Positions 28,733 through 39,889 of a stretch of DNA of 64,000 bases are shown here, piece by piece. The notes beneath the pieces were generated by a model, which was not told where the DNA came from, did no database searches, and was given only the letters and a program-made list of their open reading frames with translations. This DNA is from a virus, in the IMG/VR virus record IMGVR_UViG_3300027906_002394, positions 1 to 64,000 of that record, one strand, 5' to 3'. The stretch's first letter is position 1; each line of letters opens with the position of its first letter. The position numbers were made by a program, and so were the translations under genes.

Positions 28733-28952
28733 AAAATATATTCATGTAAACATGCACAAGATTCGTGCTAATAAAAAACACGGAACAAACGAACCTGTTC
28801 TTACAGTAAAAGAAGGAAGAAAAAATACCTATGGACATAGTGTAAAGATACATGGCCCTAGTGAGGTAATATACGGTGGGAATGATAAACCATTGTTACC
28901 CTGTGGTGCGAGAGTTGTTATAATGACAGAAGCGGAGATTGAAATTGAATAA
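28725..28952 (+). CDS. Conserved small phage protein
   Basis: YIHVNMHKIRANKKHG...LLPCGARVVI. Confidence 0.7.
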   Translation: MPKKYIHVNMHKIRANKKHGTNEPVLTVKEGRKNTYGHSVKIHGPSEVIYGGNDKPLLPCGARVVIMTEAEIEIE

Positions 28953-30447
28953 AGAATATGACTTGATAAAGTATCGTAAAGATATTCTTGATACTAAGTC
29001 AAAGAGTTTTTGTGGTGCGAAGTGGTACAACGCTACTACATGGTTAGGTAGTGGTACTACTGCTAGTTGTCATCACCCCCCAGCACATAAGATTCCGTTA
29101 CACGAGATTGCAGCTGACCCATCCGCTATTCATAACACACAACACAAGAAGGCAATGCGTAAGATGATGCAACGCGGAGAGAGACCGCGTGAGTGTGAGT
29201 ATTGTTGGAAAGTTGAAGATATGAAAGATGAAGCTGTTAGTGACAGAGTTTTTAAATCAATCATATACACCAATGAAGATTTGAAGAAGGCACACGAGGC
29301 AGACTTTAACGATAACACATTATTAAAAACATTCGAGATTGCATTTGACCGAACATGTAACCTTGCTTGTTCTTATTGTAACTCTAGTTTCTCTACCACA
29401 TGGGCTAAGGATATAAAGAAACATGGCCCATATCAAAATATGGTATCAGATGGTGCAGCTGCCTTTCAACACGATGGTGCGTGGGCAGACCCATATGGTA
29501 AAAAGGAAGAGAACCCATATGTGACTGCTTTCTGGGATTGGTGGGAAGATGGACTATCAGAAAGTCTTGAGGAATTGAGAGTTACAGGTGGTGAACCGTT
29601 GATGTCTGACCAAGTATGGAAGTTGTTTGATTGGTTTGAAGATAATCCATCTGATATGAGATTCGCAGTAAACTCTAACCTTATTGCGAAGAAAAGTATC
29701 GTTGATAGACTAATAGAAAAATCAAAAGGTGTTAAGAAGTTTCATCTTTATACTAGTTGTGAAGCAACAGGTAAACAAGCTGAGTATATAAGGGACGGAC
29801 TTGACTATGAACTCTGGACTAACAATATAACGCGATTCATTAAAGAAGGTAACTATGAAGGCATCAATATAATGATGACTATTAATAGTTTATGTTTGTT
29901 TAGTATAACAGACTTCTTAGATGATGTATTTAAACTAAAAGAATTAACAAAAAGTAAGACACCTGTCTTTAGTGTTAACTTATTACGATTCCCTAGTTTC
30001 CAAAGTCCTCTTGCACTACCAGACCACATTAAAGACTATCTTAGAGAGAATCTATCTAGTTGGTATGAAGAAAATAAAGACAGACCATATTGGCATGACT
30101 TTGAAAAAGCAAGTGTTGAAAGGTTAATAGATTATCTGGTTATTGTTGATGCACCACATAGAAGAACAAGTGACAAGATGACCCTGTGGAGAGACTTCAA
30201 GACCTTTTATGGTCAATATGATAAACGAAGAGATAAAAGCATTTCTGTATTCCCAGAGATTCTTACAGATTGGATAGACACTCTTCCAGATACAGAAACA
30301 AAACCTATAACAGTTATGCCAAGTGGGGATAGTACAGAACAGTACGCGGATGACCCAGACTTGAAGAAGATTGCAGATGAAGAAGGATGGGTATTGAAAC
30401 CAGACAATAAAAACATAGATGAAGCATTGGGGGATTACGACAAATGA
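28939..30447 (+). CDS. Radical SAM protein with N-terminal SPASM/twitch-like region (3/7)
   Basis: CNLACSYC, VTGGEP; FCGAKW...SCHHP...ECEYCW. Confidence 0.9.
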   Translation: MKLNKEYDLIKYRKDILDTKSKSFCGAKWYNATTWLGSGTTASCHHPPAHKIPLHEIAADPSAIHNTQHKKAMRKMMQRGERPRECEYCWKVEDMKDEAVSDRVFKSIIYTNEDLKKAHEADFNDNTLLKTFEIAFDRTCNLACSYCNSSFSTTWAKDIKKHGPYQNMVSDGAAAFQHDGAWADPYGKKEENPYVTAFWDWWEDGLSESLEELRVTGGEPLMSDQVWKLFDWFEDNPSDMRFAVNSNLIAKKSIVDRLIEKSKGVKKFHLYTSCEATGKQAEYIRDGLDYELWTNNITRFIKEGNYEGINIMMTINSLCLFSITDFLDDVFKLKELTKSKTPVFSVNLLRFPSFQSPLALPDHIKDYLRENLSSWYEENKDRPYWHDFEKASVERLIDYLVIVDAPHRRTSDKMTLWRDFKTFYGQYDKRRDKSISVFPEILTDWIDTLPDTETKPITVMPSGDSTEQYADDPDLKKIADEEGWVLKPDNKNIDEALGDYDK

Positions 30448-30881
30448 AAATATTGATATGTGGATTGCCTGGCTCTGGGAAAACTACTCTTGGAAGAGAG
30501 TTGTCATATTATTTTGATATCCCTCTTATAAACGCAGATGTCCAAAGAGAATTTTATGATAATTGGGATTTCTCTGAGACAGGTAGAATGATACAAGCTT
30601 TCCGTATGTCAAAATATGATTTCGGGATATTAGATTTTATTGCACCAATTGAACATTATAGAAAGTTGGTTGCAGCTGATTGTACTATTTTTATGAACAC
30701 GATAGATGAAGGTAGATACGAAGACACAAACAAAATATTTGAACCCCCACTATCGTGTGATTTTGAGGTAAAAGAATGGATAGAACTAAACCAACTACGC
30801 AGCTCCTTGGAAGGTTTCAACCGTGGCATAGAGGGCATACGGAGTTATTTAAAAGAGCAATTTCCAAAACTGGTCAAGTAA
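30444..30881 (+). CDS. P-loop kinase, adenylylsulfate-kinase-like
   Basis: ILICGLPGSGKTT, NADVQR, WDFSETGR, FEPP. Confidence 0.75.
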   Translation: MKILICGLPGSGKTTLGRELSYYFDIPLINADVQREFYDNWDFSETGRMIQAFRMSKYDFGILDFIAPIEHYRKLVAADCTIFMNTIDEGRYEDTNKIFEPPLSCDFEVKEWIELNQLRSSLEGFNRGIEGIRSYLKEQFPKLVK

Positions 30882-31126
30882 TAATACAGTTAAGGGAAAC
30901 GCCTTATGATGAGGACAACCCATATAGCCTACAAGAAAGACGGAGTATGATTTCAATTGCACTTAATCAATCTGGATTTGAGTATGGTGTACATTATGAA
31001 ATTATGGGAGTACCTAATGTAACGCATATTACTTATGGTAGAGATGTTGGATATAAAATTGAAAAGGAGTTATTGTTAGAGAATATAGAAGATATTTCTG
31101 CTACAAAAATTCGTAATGAAGAATAG
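30776..31126 (+). CDS. HIGH-family nucleotidyl/cytidylyltransferase-like protein
   Basis: LGRFQPWHRGH, DNPY, YGRDVGY, ISATKIR; GAGGT RBS. Confidence 0.8.
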   Translation: MDRTKPTTQLLGRFQPWHRGHTELFKRAISKTGQVIIQLRETPYDEDNPYSLQERRSMISIALNQSGFEYGVHYEIMGVPNVTHITYGRDVGYKIEKELLLENIEDISATKIRNEE

Positions 31127-32417
31127 ACCTTACCTTTGCACCGCGCCATGGACGCATACTTATGTTTCCCCTCAAGGAGAGAGGAGACTGTGTTGTGCTA
31201 GCAGAGAAGAGGCAACATTTCAAAAACAGTATTTAGATAGTGGGACATCGGAAGGTAAATTTGAACCACAGTCTTTAGAAGAACATTGGAATAGTGATTA
31301 TATGAAAGACATTCGTAAAAGAATGTTATCTGGTGAAAAACTGAAACAATGTCAAGTATGCAATGACCAAGTTTTAAACCTACATACATATCGTCAATAT
31401 TTTACAGAGACATTGTTCCCCCACAAAATAGAAGACATTATAGCGACTACGCGAGAAGATGGACATTATGATAAGATGCCAGTCTCGTATGATTATCGTA
31501 TTTCAAATCTATGTAACTTTAAATGTCGGATGTGTGGGGAACAATTGTCTTCAAGCTGGGAGGCAGAGAAGAAAAAACATAATCTCATCAATGTTAAAGA
31601 AGACCCTTGGATGGAACCTACTACTAGAAAGAAGATATCCAATTTCCAAGAGGAAGTGTTAGAAGAGGAATTACAAAAGGCAGTTGATAATAAAACCATA
31701 GAGGAAATATATTGGGTTGGTGGTGAACCTTTGATGTGGGAAAGACATTGGACTATTATGCAACAATTAGTAGACAATGGACACGCGAAGAATGTTACTA
31801 TTCGTTATAATACAAATTTAAGTAGAGTCAAATATAAGGATTATGACTTATGGGAGATGTTACCCCATTTTAAGAATGTTAATATATGTGCCAGTATTGA
31901 TGGTGCGTATGATGTAGGGGAATATATCAGAGATGGACTAGTATGGAGTGAGTGGATAGAAAATTTCAAGTCTGGTATGTTTTTGATAGACCAGTTTGGT
32001 GATGATGCGATGGTCTTTGATGTAACATTAACTACGCCAGGCTTATTTCATCTTGATAAATTGTTTAATGTTGTTAAATCATTAGATGTAAAGTCATACT
32101 TTAAATTTACCTATGCATTTGACCCTAGTGTTGTTATGTCTCCGTTTTGTTTACCTAAAGATGTGCTTTTACCAAAAGTTGACGCATTATTATCACATAT
32201 TGAACCACAACTTACATGGAAGACAAAAGTTTATAAAGATTCTCTGGTTAACCTAATAAATAGAGAGTCATTTGATGAACAATGGCCTGACACTTATAAA
32301 GATGGTTTGAAACGCGGAAAGTCATTTCAAGAATTCCTTGATAATATAAGAAACAGCAAAATGAAGTTTGTAGACACACTTCAAGGTAATGCTGTGGATT
32401 GGTGGGGTAGAATATGA
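31116..32417 (+). CDS. Radical SAM protein with N-terminal SPASM/twitch-like region (4/7)
   Basis: CNFKCRMC, WVGGEP; LCTAPWTH...LCC...QCQVC. Confidence 0.9.
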   Translation: MKNRPYLCTAPWTHTYVSPQGERRLCCASREEATFQKQYLDSGTSEGKFEPQSLEEHWNSDYMKDIRKRMLSGEKLKQCQVCNDQVLNLHTYRQYFTETLFPHKIEDIIATTREDGHYDKMPVSYDYRISNLCNFKCRMCGEQLSSSWEAEKKKHNLINVKEDPWMEPTTRKKISNFQEEVLEEELQKAVDNKTIEEIYWVGGEPLMWERHWTIMQQLVDNGHAKNVTIRYNTNLSRVKYKDYDLWEMLPHFKNVNICASIDGAYDVGEYIRDGLVWSEWIENFKSGMFLIDQFGDDAMVFDVTLTTPGLFHLDKLFNVVKSLDVKSYFKFTYAFDPSVVMSPFCLPKDVLLPKVDALLSHIEPQLTWKTKVYKDSLVNLINRESFDEQWPDTYKDGLKRGKSFQEFLDNIRNSKMKFVDTLQGNAVDWWGRI

Positions 32418-33646
32418 GTAATACTTTCTGTCCATTACCTTGGAATCATTTAGCAACACATCCACATGGTATGTGTACTCTTTGTTGCGAATCAGAACAG
32501 ACATTGAATAAGTCAGCTGCGAAGAATGACAATGAGTTAGTAACATTACGAAACACTAACTATGAACTTAGTGAAATAACCAATAGTGAAAGTTTCAGTA
32601 AGGTTAGACTACAAATGCTCAATGGCGAAAAACCAACCGAATGTAAAAAGTGTTGGGAAGCGGAAAGTGTTGGCAATAGAAGTAAGAGATATTATGAGTC
32701 ACGCAAACTTCCTATGACTTTGGAAGACGCCAAAAAAATTACGAATGATGATGGAACCTTAAAGGAGGTTAAATATGAGTTCGTGGAACTACGCCTTGGT
32801 AATCATTGTAATGTTATGTGCCGTACTTGCAACCCTTACTCCTCTTCTCGTTGGGTAAAGGAATGGGATGTTATATATCCAGAAGAACCTGTTATAAAGG
32901 ATTACATATCTCAGTATAACATTAACTGGCCATTGGAACAAGATTTCTGGGACAGTCTAATAAATTATTGTGATAATTTGAAGGTGTTATATATTAACGG
33001 TGGTGAACCTTTTCTTATAGACAAACATTTTGCCTTTTTGGAAACTTTGGTTCAAAGAGGAACTTCCAAAGACATTGAAATTGTATATTCTACTAACTGT
33101 ACAATTATTAACCACACATATGAAGACATATGGAAAGAATTTAAATCTGTACAGTTTATGTTATCTATTGATGATATAGGTGAAAGGAACGAGTACATAA
33201 GAACCTATACCAAGTGGCCTAAGGTCTTAGACTTTATTGATTGGATGGATGATATAACTGATAACAATGAAAACTTGAATTATAATATATTACAAACAGT
33301 ATCTACATATAATGTCTATTATCTTCCAGAGTTTTATGACTACTTTGCAGGCAAAGATATAAGTCATAACTTTGTTAAAGACCCTGCTCACTTTGACCCA
33401 TTGATACTACCCCAGACAGTACAGAAAGCTATATTGGAGAGGACTAAAGGTTATCTTTGGCCTCCAGATTTACAACGAGGTTATAATGACCTAAAAAATT
33501 ATTTTAATATAGAAGGCATCTCTTATACTGACCTAGACTCTATGAAAGTTTTCTTTGAGAAGACACGCGCTATGGATGTAACTAGGAAAGATAATTTTGA
33601 AATAACCTTCCCAGAATTTTATGAGTTGATTAAAGATTATGAGTGA
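32414..33646 (+). CDS. Radical SAM protein with N-terminal SPASM/twitch-like region (5/7)
   Basis: CNVMCRTC, INGGEP; FCPLPWNH...LCC...ECKKC. Confidence 0.9.
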   Translation: MSNTFCPLPWNHLATHPHGMCTLCCESEQTLNKSAAKNDNELVTLRNTNYELSEITNSESFSKVRLQMLNGEKPTECKKCWEAESVGNRSKRYYESRKLPMTLEDAKKITNDDGTLKEVKYEFVELRLGNHCNVMCRTCNPYSSSRWVKEWDVIYPEEPVIKDYISQYNINWPLEQDFWDSLINYCDNLKVLYINGGEPFLIDKHFAFLETLVQRGTSKDIEIVYSTNCTIINHTYEDIWKEFKSVQFMLSIDDIGERNEYIRTYTKWPKVLDFIDWMDDITDNNENLNYNILQTVSTYNVYYLPEFYDYFAGKDISHNFVKDPAHFDPLILPQTVQKAILERTKGYLWPPDLQRGYNDLKNYFNIEGISYTDLDSMKVFFEKTRAMDVTRKDNFEITFPEFYELIKDYE

Positions 33647-34874
33647 TAAGAAGAATCTTTGTATGTTACCGTGGGTACATTTACACACATGGCCGAATGG
33701 TAATGTGTATCCCTGTTGTATTACACCCATGAAATATATTGCTGGTAATCTAAACAACGAAAGTTTAGAAGATGTCTATAATAGTGACTTGATAAAAGAT
33801 ATCCGTTTGAAGATGTTAAAAGAAGAAAGACATGATGCGTGTGCTAGATGTTATCTACAAGAGGATGCTGGTGGCCACTCTATGAGACATAGGGCAAATA
33901 AGAGTTGGAAACATTATGAGAATTTGATTGAGACAACACAAGATGATGGTACAGTAGAAGAAATGAAACTTCCATATTGGGACTTTAGGTTTTCTAACAT
34001 ATGTAACTTCAAATGCCGTAGTTGTGGCCCTCAGTTGAGTACTGGTTGGTATCCAGATATAAAGAAGATTGCTGTATTAGAAACTGGTGAATCGTTTTTA
34101 CCAGACGATGTTCCAAAAGGTAATACATTTGATTTGTGGGAACAGATAGAACCGCATTTTGAATCAGTAGAAGAAATATATTTCGCTGGTGGTGAACCTC
34201 TTATAATGGAAGAACATTATCGCATATTAAAGAGACTTGATGAGATGGGCAAACATGATGTACTCATTAGATATAACACAAACTTTAGTGAGATGCGATA
34301 TAAAGATTTACATGTATTGGAGTTCTGGCCAAGGTTCAAGAATATAGAGATTGGTGCTAGTATAGATGGTATGAAGGAACAGGGTGAATTCATTCGTAGT
34401 GGTTTTAGTTGGCAACAATTCATCGACAATAGAGAGAAGATGAAAGAGACTTGTCCACACGCGAACTTCTATGTTAACTGTACAATTAGTATACAGAACT
34501 CTTATCACATAGTACCCTTCCATCTTATGTTAGTTGAACTGGGGTTGATAGATGACTATGATGCCTTTAATGTTAATATCGTAACTGAACCGCCTCATCT
34601 TGATGTTAGGATATTACCAGAGAACCATAAAGAAGCTTTATCGAAACTATATGACCTTCATATTGATTATATGTCAAAAAATAGTAAGTGGGTTGCTAAA
34701 CAAGGATTTGAAAGTTTAAAGAATCATTTGCTTACTAAGGATAGAGTATTAGAGGATAATAGGAAAGGATATCTTGCTAGATTTGAATATAAGATGAGAC
34801 AGTTGGATGATATAAGGAACGAGGACTTCCAGAAAACATTCCCAGAACTAGAGGATTTATATAATGCCATTTAA
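33639..34874 (+). CDS. Radical SAM protein with N-terminal SPASM/twitch-like region (6/7)
   Basis: CNFKCRSC, FAGGEP; LCMLPWVH...YPCC...ACARC. Confidence 0.9.
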   Translation: MSDKKNLCMLPWVHLHTWPNGNVYPCCITPMKYIAGNLNNESLEDVYNSDLIKDIRLKMLKEERHDACARCYLQEDAGGHSMRHRANKSWKHYENLIETTQDDGTVEEMKLPYWDFRFSNICNFKCRSCGPQLSTGWYPDIKKIAVLETGESFLPDDVPKGNTFDLWEQIEPHFESVEEIYFAGGEPLIMEEHYRILKRLDEMGKHDVLIRYNTNFSEMRYKDLHVLEFWPRFKNIEIGASIDGMKEQGEFIRSGFSWQQFIDNREKMKETCPHANFYVNCTISIQNSYHIVPFHLMLVELGLIDDYDAFNVNIVTEPPHLDVRILPENHKEALSKLYDLHIDYMSKNSKWVAKQGFESLKNHLLTKDRVLEDNRKGYLARFEYKMRQLDDIRNEDFQKTFPELEDLYNAI

Positions 34875-35988
34875 AGAAAAAGATAGACCCAGAGATGATG
34901 ATTATTTCTTTGCGGAGGATTATGCTGGTGTTAATGAATGTAAGGACGCTATAATAACTCTAAGACTACGCAATAGTAGAGATGATAGTATTGAACCTAT
35001 GGAACTGAATATATCATTAGATGATAATCACGCGGTAGACATTTGGTATCAGAGATTTAAACACGAACTAGAAACCAAAGCTTTCCTAAGAAAAGAACAT
35101 GTCTTTATGGGAGAGAGCACCCTTACTACAGAAGACATGATAGAAAAAGTTAATAATACATTAGACCATATATCCAAGTTTGATTTTGTTGCTGAACAAT
35201 GGACAAGGTGGCCAGACTATGTTAAGGCAGACCAAAGAAATGTTCTTGACCAACCTCTTAGAAATAATCCAGATATATCAGAAAGGTTGAGTATAGAAGA
35301 TTTTAAGGATGGTAATGATAATAAGAAGATGAATGTTATCCATAACTATTTTCCTATGTTGTCTGGCCCAGCAGAAAGAACTACTGCACATTTATATGTT
35401 GCTTCCCCAGATGTCCAAGCAAGTATATGTCGTTTGAACTTAGAAGTTCACGAACTTCATACTACATTGCAGAATGATGAACAGGCAGACTTCAACATGC
35501 ATATTAATGTGTCATGGCAAAGAGCTCCAAAAAAGTTACCAGAACTACCAGATTGTTTTAATGACTTGTTTACAAAATATGCTAAATTCGGTGATGTCTT
35601 ACTTGGGTATCCTCAGATTGGAAAGACACATATAGAAGCATACGCGGAAGACGATGAAGAATTAGAAGATGAACATGTAGAACCAATTAAGTTTTTATCT
35701 GGAGACATGTTAATTAAATTTGCTACAGACCAACATGAGAGTTGGGTAAAGGGGTTTGATGAGTGGTTAGTTGAACAGGGACTAGACCCAGAAGATAAAA
35801 AAGGTAGATATGGATTTGCTAAATTAGGTAGGGTTGTTGATGCTGATTTGGAGTTTGTAGAAAATAATATTTCTGGTAAGTATGATGATATAGATAGAAT
35901 TTCTGTTGATGGTAAACATTATTATTATGACTACAGTAGGTTTGATGATGACTATGAGGAAAGATTTTTAGGATATTTACATGACTGA
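34864..35988 (+). CDS. Hypothetical acidic protein in the radical SAM array
   Basis: 374-aa ORF, translationally coupled; LNLEVHELH, LGYPQIGKT. Confidence 0.7.
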   Translation: MPFKEKDRPRDDDYFFAEDYAGVNECKDAIITLRLRNSRDDSIEPMELNISLDDNHAVDIWYQRFKHELETKAFLRKEHVFMGESTLTTEDMIEKVNNTLDHISKFDFVAEQWTRWPDYVKADQRNVLDQPLRNNPDISERLSIEDFKDGNDNKKMNVIHNYFPMLSGPAERTTAHLYVASPDVQASICRLNLEVHELHTTLQNDEQADFNMHINVSWQRAPKKLPELPDCFNDLFTKYAKFGDVLLGYPQIGKTHIEAYAEDDEELEDEHVEPIKFLSGDMLIKFATDQHESWVKGFDEWLVEQGLDPEDKKGRYGFAKLGRVVDADLEFVENNISGKYDDIDRISVDGKHYYYDYSRFDDDYEERFLGYLHD

Positions 35989-37162
35989 TAAACTGTGCGT
36001 ATTACCTTGGGTTCATACAGAGTTCACTACAGATGGAACTGCTAACCCTTGTTGTCTTTATACAGGCGCACCAATGGGAAATCTAAAACAAGATAATTTT
36101 CTTGATGTATGGAACGGAGACACTTATCAAAATTTGAGAAAGGAATTTCTTAATGGCGGACAACCAAAAGGATGTTCTATGTGTTGGGAAGGAGAGGATG
36201 CTGGTTATCAGTCAAAACGATTACAGGATAATAAGAGATTTGAAAAACAACTAGAAGAAATAAAGAAAAATAAAAACTATATTGCTACTGATACACCGAA
36301 ATATCTTGATTTGAAATTTGGTACATTATGTAACTTAAAGTGCCGTACTTGTGGTAGTATTAATAGTTCAAAATGGCAGACAGATGAAAAGAAATTGTAT
36401 GGAAGAATACTAAACAAAAAAGACCCATTGTGGATTGATAAAAATCCTAATATATGGGATGAGTTGTTTGAAATTATGCCTCTGGTAGAACAGATGGACT
36501 TCACAGGTGGTGAACCCTTTATGATAGACCAACACTTTGAATTGTTACGAAAAGTTGTTGAATCTGGTCACGCGGAACACATATCATTACATTATAACAC
36601 AAATGGGTCAATCCGTCCAGATGAAACTATATTTAATATGTGGCAAGAGTTCAAGTCTTGTGAAGTGATGTTTAGTATTGACGGAATATTCAAGAAATTT
36701 GAATATATGAGACACCCAGCTAAATGGGATGAAGTGTGGGGTAATTATAATTACTTTAAGTCACATGATTGGATGCATATACAAGTATGTCATACAGTCA
36801 GTCTTTATAATGTATATTACCTAGATGAGTTTATAGACCTGTTTGGTAGAGACAATATATACCTAAATCTTTTGCATTTCCCTAAACAATATTGTATTAG
36901 GAATATGCCAGATGCATGTAAAAAACAGGTTGAAGAAAAACTTATAAATATTCCAGATGTGAATGATATCATATCCTTCATGAATCAAGAAGCACAATAT
37001 GACAAGCTTGACCTTGGGTTTTTGCCTGTTACAGAAAGATTAGATGGAATAAGAAATGAAAGTTATAGTGAAACCTTTTCGGAATTTTATAGGATATTAA
37101 TAGATGGCGGAATCGGACGAGAACCTTGGAACCCTAAGCAGTACTTTGGAAAGATTAGTTAG
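35981..37162 (+). CDS. Radical SAM protein with N-terminal SPASM/twitch-like region (7/7)
   Basis: CNLKCRTC, FTGGEP; LCVLPWVH...NPCC...GCSMC. Confidence 0.9.
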   Translation: MTDKLCVLPWVHTEFTTDGTANPCCLYTGAPMGNLKQDNFLDVWNGDTYQNLRKEFLNGGQPKGCSMCWEGEDAGYQSKRLQDNKRFEKQLEEIKKNKNYIATDTPKYLDLKFGTLCNLKCRTCGSINSSKWQTDEKKLYGRILNKKDPLWIDKNPNIWDELFEIMPLVEQMDFTGGEPFMIDQHFELLRKVVESGHAEHISLHYNTNGSIRPDETIFNMWQEFKSCEVMFSIDGIFKKFEYMRHPAKWDEVWGNYNYFKSHDWMHIQVCHTVSLYNVYYLDEFIDLFGRDNIYLNLLHFPKQYCIRNMPDACKKQVEEKLINIPDVNDIISFMNQEAQYDKLDLGFLPVTERLDGIRNESYSETFSEFYRILIDGGIGREPWNPKQYFGKIS

Positions 37163-38840
37163 TGAAGTAGCTGGTCTTAGAAGTGAACTTGCAGATTTAA
37201 AAAGAATCAACACAAATGTTTTACAGAAACATTTGGTAAGAAAAAGCACCCCCAAAGAAACGCATCATATATGGTGGGATAGAAAGAAACAAAAAGTCAA
37301 TCATGAGGATGTGTTCTCGTGGCCTGCATCTAACTGTTCCGCGACACCAAATGATATCTTTCAGAACAATACCACTATATTATCACATTATCAATCTGTA
37401 GATTGGCCTTATGAGTTGGGTGATATTGATGATTTTGACCCAACTGGAAAACACAAGAATACAAACAATCTTTACTTCTTAGAACCGCAATATGTATTTT
37501 CTGAAGCATGGGCAAATTGTGTCTCATGGATTCCTCAAGAAGTCCAATGCTGGTTGAGAGAAAGGAAAATGGCACTAGTGTTGTGGTTCCCCCATGAAGG
37601 TTTTGCTTATGACCAAGGTTTCCATCAAAAGGGATGGTTACAACAATGGCATTATCAAATGAGAAAACATCAAATGGAAAATGCGATAGTATATTTTGTG
37701 TTTGGTGATTTACAAGCGGAACCAAATTATCAATCTTGGTTGAGAACCAGACAAGGTATGGAAAGAACTTCTTTTGAGTTCCAGAAAGTAATATCGTATG
37801 ACTTTTTTCATGGTTCTTATTGGAAAGAATACGCGGAAAGAACAGGCGTCTATGTACACAGGTTACAGAACCCAAAATACATGCACCAGAACCATTATGG
37901 TGGTTCAGACTTAACTGGAGGGTTTACTGACCATGTTATCATACCATATGAAGACTTTGATTCGGATATATTGAATCATGCTCCAAACGCGATGATACAG
38001 GACTCTTTTAATAGATGTAAACCAGATGAGGTTCTTCTGGGAATACCTACTGCTCAAGATAAGACGAAAGACTTAATATGTCTTAACGCTAGACCAAGGT
38101 CTCATAGAGCTACTTTGGTTGCAGAGTTACATAGGTTAGGATATGATAACAACAATTCTTATATAAGTTTCCTTGGTAGAGAAGATATGCCAGAACAGTT
38201 TGGACATCTTGTTAGTTCAGCTGAACCTCTATGGAAACAACAAATGTTTAGGGGCCATGACATAACACAATTTACAGCAAGAAAAGATAATAACTTTATT
38301 TCATTCTTGTCGCATGATGTTCAAATAGAACATGTATATAAATTTTGGTTAGAAAGAATTCAAGTTATTGCAGACAGACCAACACATGAAGTTCATGGGG
38401 ATGATAGATTAATAACATCTAGTATGTACAAAGATTCTTTCTTTAGTTTAGTATCAGAAACCCTGTTTGGTGATGATAAGGAAAGTCTGTTTATAACAGA
38501 AAAAATATTTAAAGCAATTGCTTATAGAAGTCCATTTATGGTAGTTGGTAGTATGGGTACATTGAGACATATGAGATATCTTGGTTATGAAACTTTCCCA
38601 ATGATGTTTGATGAAAGTTATGACCAAGAATATGACCCGAAAAAAAGATTTTCAGCAATAGTTAGAAATTTAGAAGAATGGCGAAGTCATTCACTAGAAG
38701 AAAAACGGAAAAGATATAATTCCGCGAGAGAGGTATTAAAACATAATTTTGAAGTGTTCAAAAATTCTAGAGGGAGATTTGAAAAGGAGACTGTTGGCGT
38801 ATTAAGTCAACTATCTTCACATAATGTTGAGATTCACTAA
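37104..38840 (+). CDS. Glycosyltransferase-like protein (TEK-motif family, paralog 2)
   Basis: LICLNARPRSHR, SLVSET, FITEKIFKAI...PFMVVG, GYETF..FDESYD. Confidence 0.55.
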   Translation: MAESDENLGTLSSTLERLVSEVAGLRSELADLKRINTNVLQKHLVRKSTPKETHHIWWDRKKQKVNHEDVFSWPASNCSATPNDIFQNNTTILSHYQSVDWPYELGDIDDFDPTGKHKNTNNLYFLEPQYVFSEAWANCVSWIPQEVQCWLRERKMALVLWFPHEGFAYDQGFHQKGWLQQWHYQMRKHQMENAIVYFVFGDLQAEPNYQSWLRTRQGMERTSFEFQKVISYDFFHGSYWKEYAERTGVYVHRLQNPKYMHQNHYGGSDLTGGFTDHVIIPYEDFDSDILNHAPNAMIQDSFNRCKPDEVLLGIPTAQDKTKDLICLNARPRSHRATLVAELHRLGYDNNNSYISFLGREDMPEQFGHLVSSAEPLWKQQMFRGHDITQFTARKDNNFISFLSHDVQIEHVYKFWLERIQVIADRPTHEVHGDDRLITSSMYKDSFFSLVSETLFGDDKESLFITEKIFKAIAYRSPFMVVGSMGTLRHMRYLGYETFPMMFDESYDQEYDPKKRFSAIVRNLEEWRSHSLEEKRKRYNSAREVLKHNFEVFKNSRGRFEKETVGVLSQLSSHNVEIH

Positions 38841-39889
38841 TGTATGCATATTGGTCTAAAGGTGCAGATGTAGAAAGTGGTAGTTACCATATTACGGAGT
38901 TTGAAAGGGACTTTGTTAAAAAACTAAAATCAAATACTCCATCTGACTGTATTTTAATTAACTCCACATGGTTTTCAAAACCAGAGAATGTTGATGATTT
39001 AAAACAATGGTTTGATGCTAGTCAATTCAAGGCTGGAGAAACCCCTAGAATATTATTGTACTCTGGTATGGATTGGGAAAATTCTACATGTACAGAATCC
39101 ACGCGAGAAGCACATAGGTTTCTTAATGATAATTGGGAAGTTATTAATATAGGGAATACTGGTGATGGACATTATTTTAATTTTTGGTTAGCTTTTATTC
39201 ATGAACACATGAGTACATTTTTTGACGACTGTTACACCGAAAAACCAAATATAAAAAAACATTTCATGTGCTTAAACCATCAACCACATGAACATAGAAT
39301 TCAATTATTAAATACTTTACATGAAGTTGGAATGTTTAATCATGGTATTGTATCTGCTATTGTACCACATGAAGATTATGAGTTTGAGAACCCTGTTATT
39401 CTTAGAGAAAAAAGAGACCCTCATATCATGTTTAATTCCCATGAGTGGGAAAGAGTAAACGAATACCATTTAGCAAATGATATAATATCTTTAGGAGACC
39501 CAGTATACTGGAATAAACATTTTTGTACTGTTGTTACTGAAAGCGTTATGCATAGTGATGTGTTTTTAAGTGAAAAGACTTTTAAACCAATGATAGGACT
39601 CAGACCGTTTATTATTTTGGGTGATGTAAATGTATATAAGAAATTAAAGGAATATGGATTTGACACTTTTGAAGATTTGTTCCCCAGAGTCCATATTGAG
39701 GAGAAGGATAAATACTGGAGAACAGATAATGTTATAAAAGACCTCTGTAATCTACAAAGGAGTTATGGATTAGATGGATTAAATCAACTTTACCGTGAAT
39801 TGGAAACTAGATTGATCTATAATAGAAAGAGAGTCTTGGAAGTGATAAATGATAATTACAACGATATAATGGAGATAAGAAACTTATGA
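38840..39889 (+). CDS. Glycosyltransferase-like protein (TEK-motif family, paralog 3)
   Basis: FMCLNHQPHEHR, VVTES, FLSEKTFKPM...PFIILG, GFDTF. Confidence 0.55.
   Translation: MYAYWSKGADVESGSYHITEFERDFVKKLKSNTPSDCILINSTWFSKPENVDDLKQWFDASQFKAGETPRILLYSGMDWENSTCTESTREAHRFLNDNWEVINIGNTGDGHYFNFWLAFIHEHMSTFFDDCYTEKPNIKKHFMCLNHQPHEHRIQLLNTLHEVGMFNHGIVSAIVPHEDYEFENPVILREKRDPHIMFNSHEWERVNEYHLANDIISLGDPVYWNKHFCTVVTESVMHSDVFLSEKTFKPMIGLRPFIILGDVNVYKKLKEYGFDTFEDLFPRVHIEEKDKYWRTDNVIKDLCNLQRSYGLDGLNQLYRELETRLIYNRKRVLEVINDNYNDIMEIRNL

Noticed and set aside
26080-37162. RiPP interpretation of the radical SAM array
   Set aside because: No clear precursor peptide, RRE domain, protease or exporter; sugar-related neighbours fit better, though a RiPP role is not excluded
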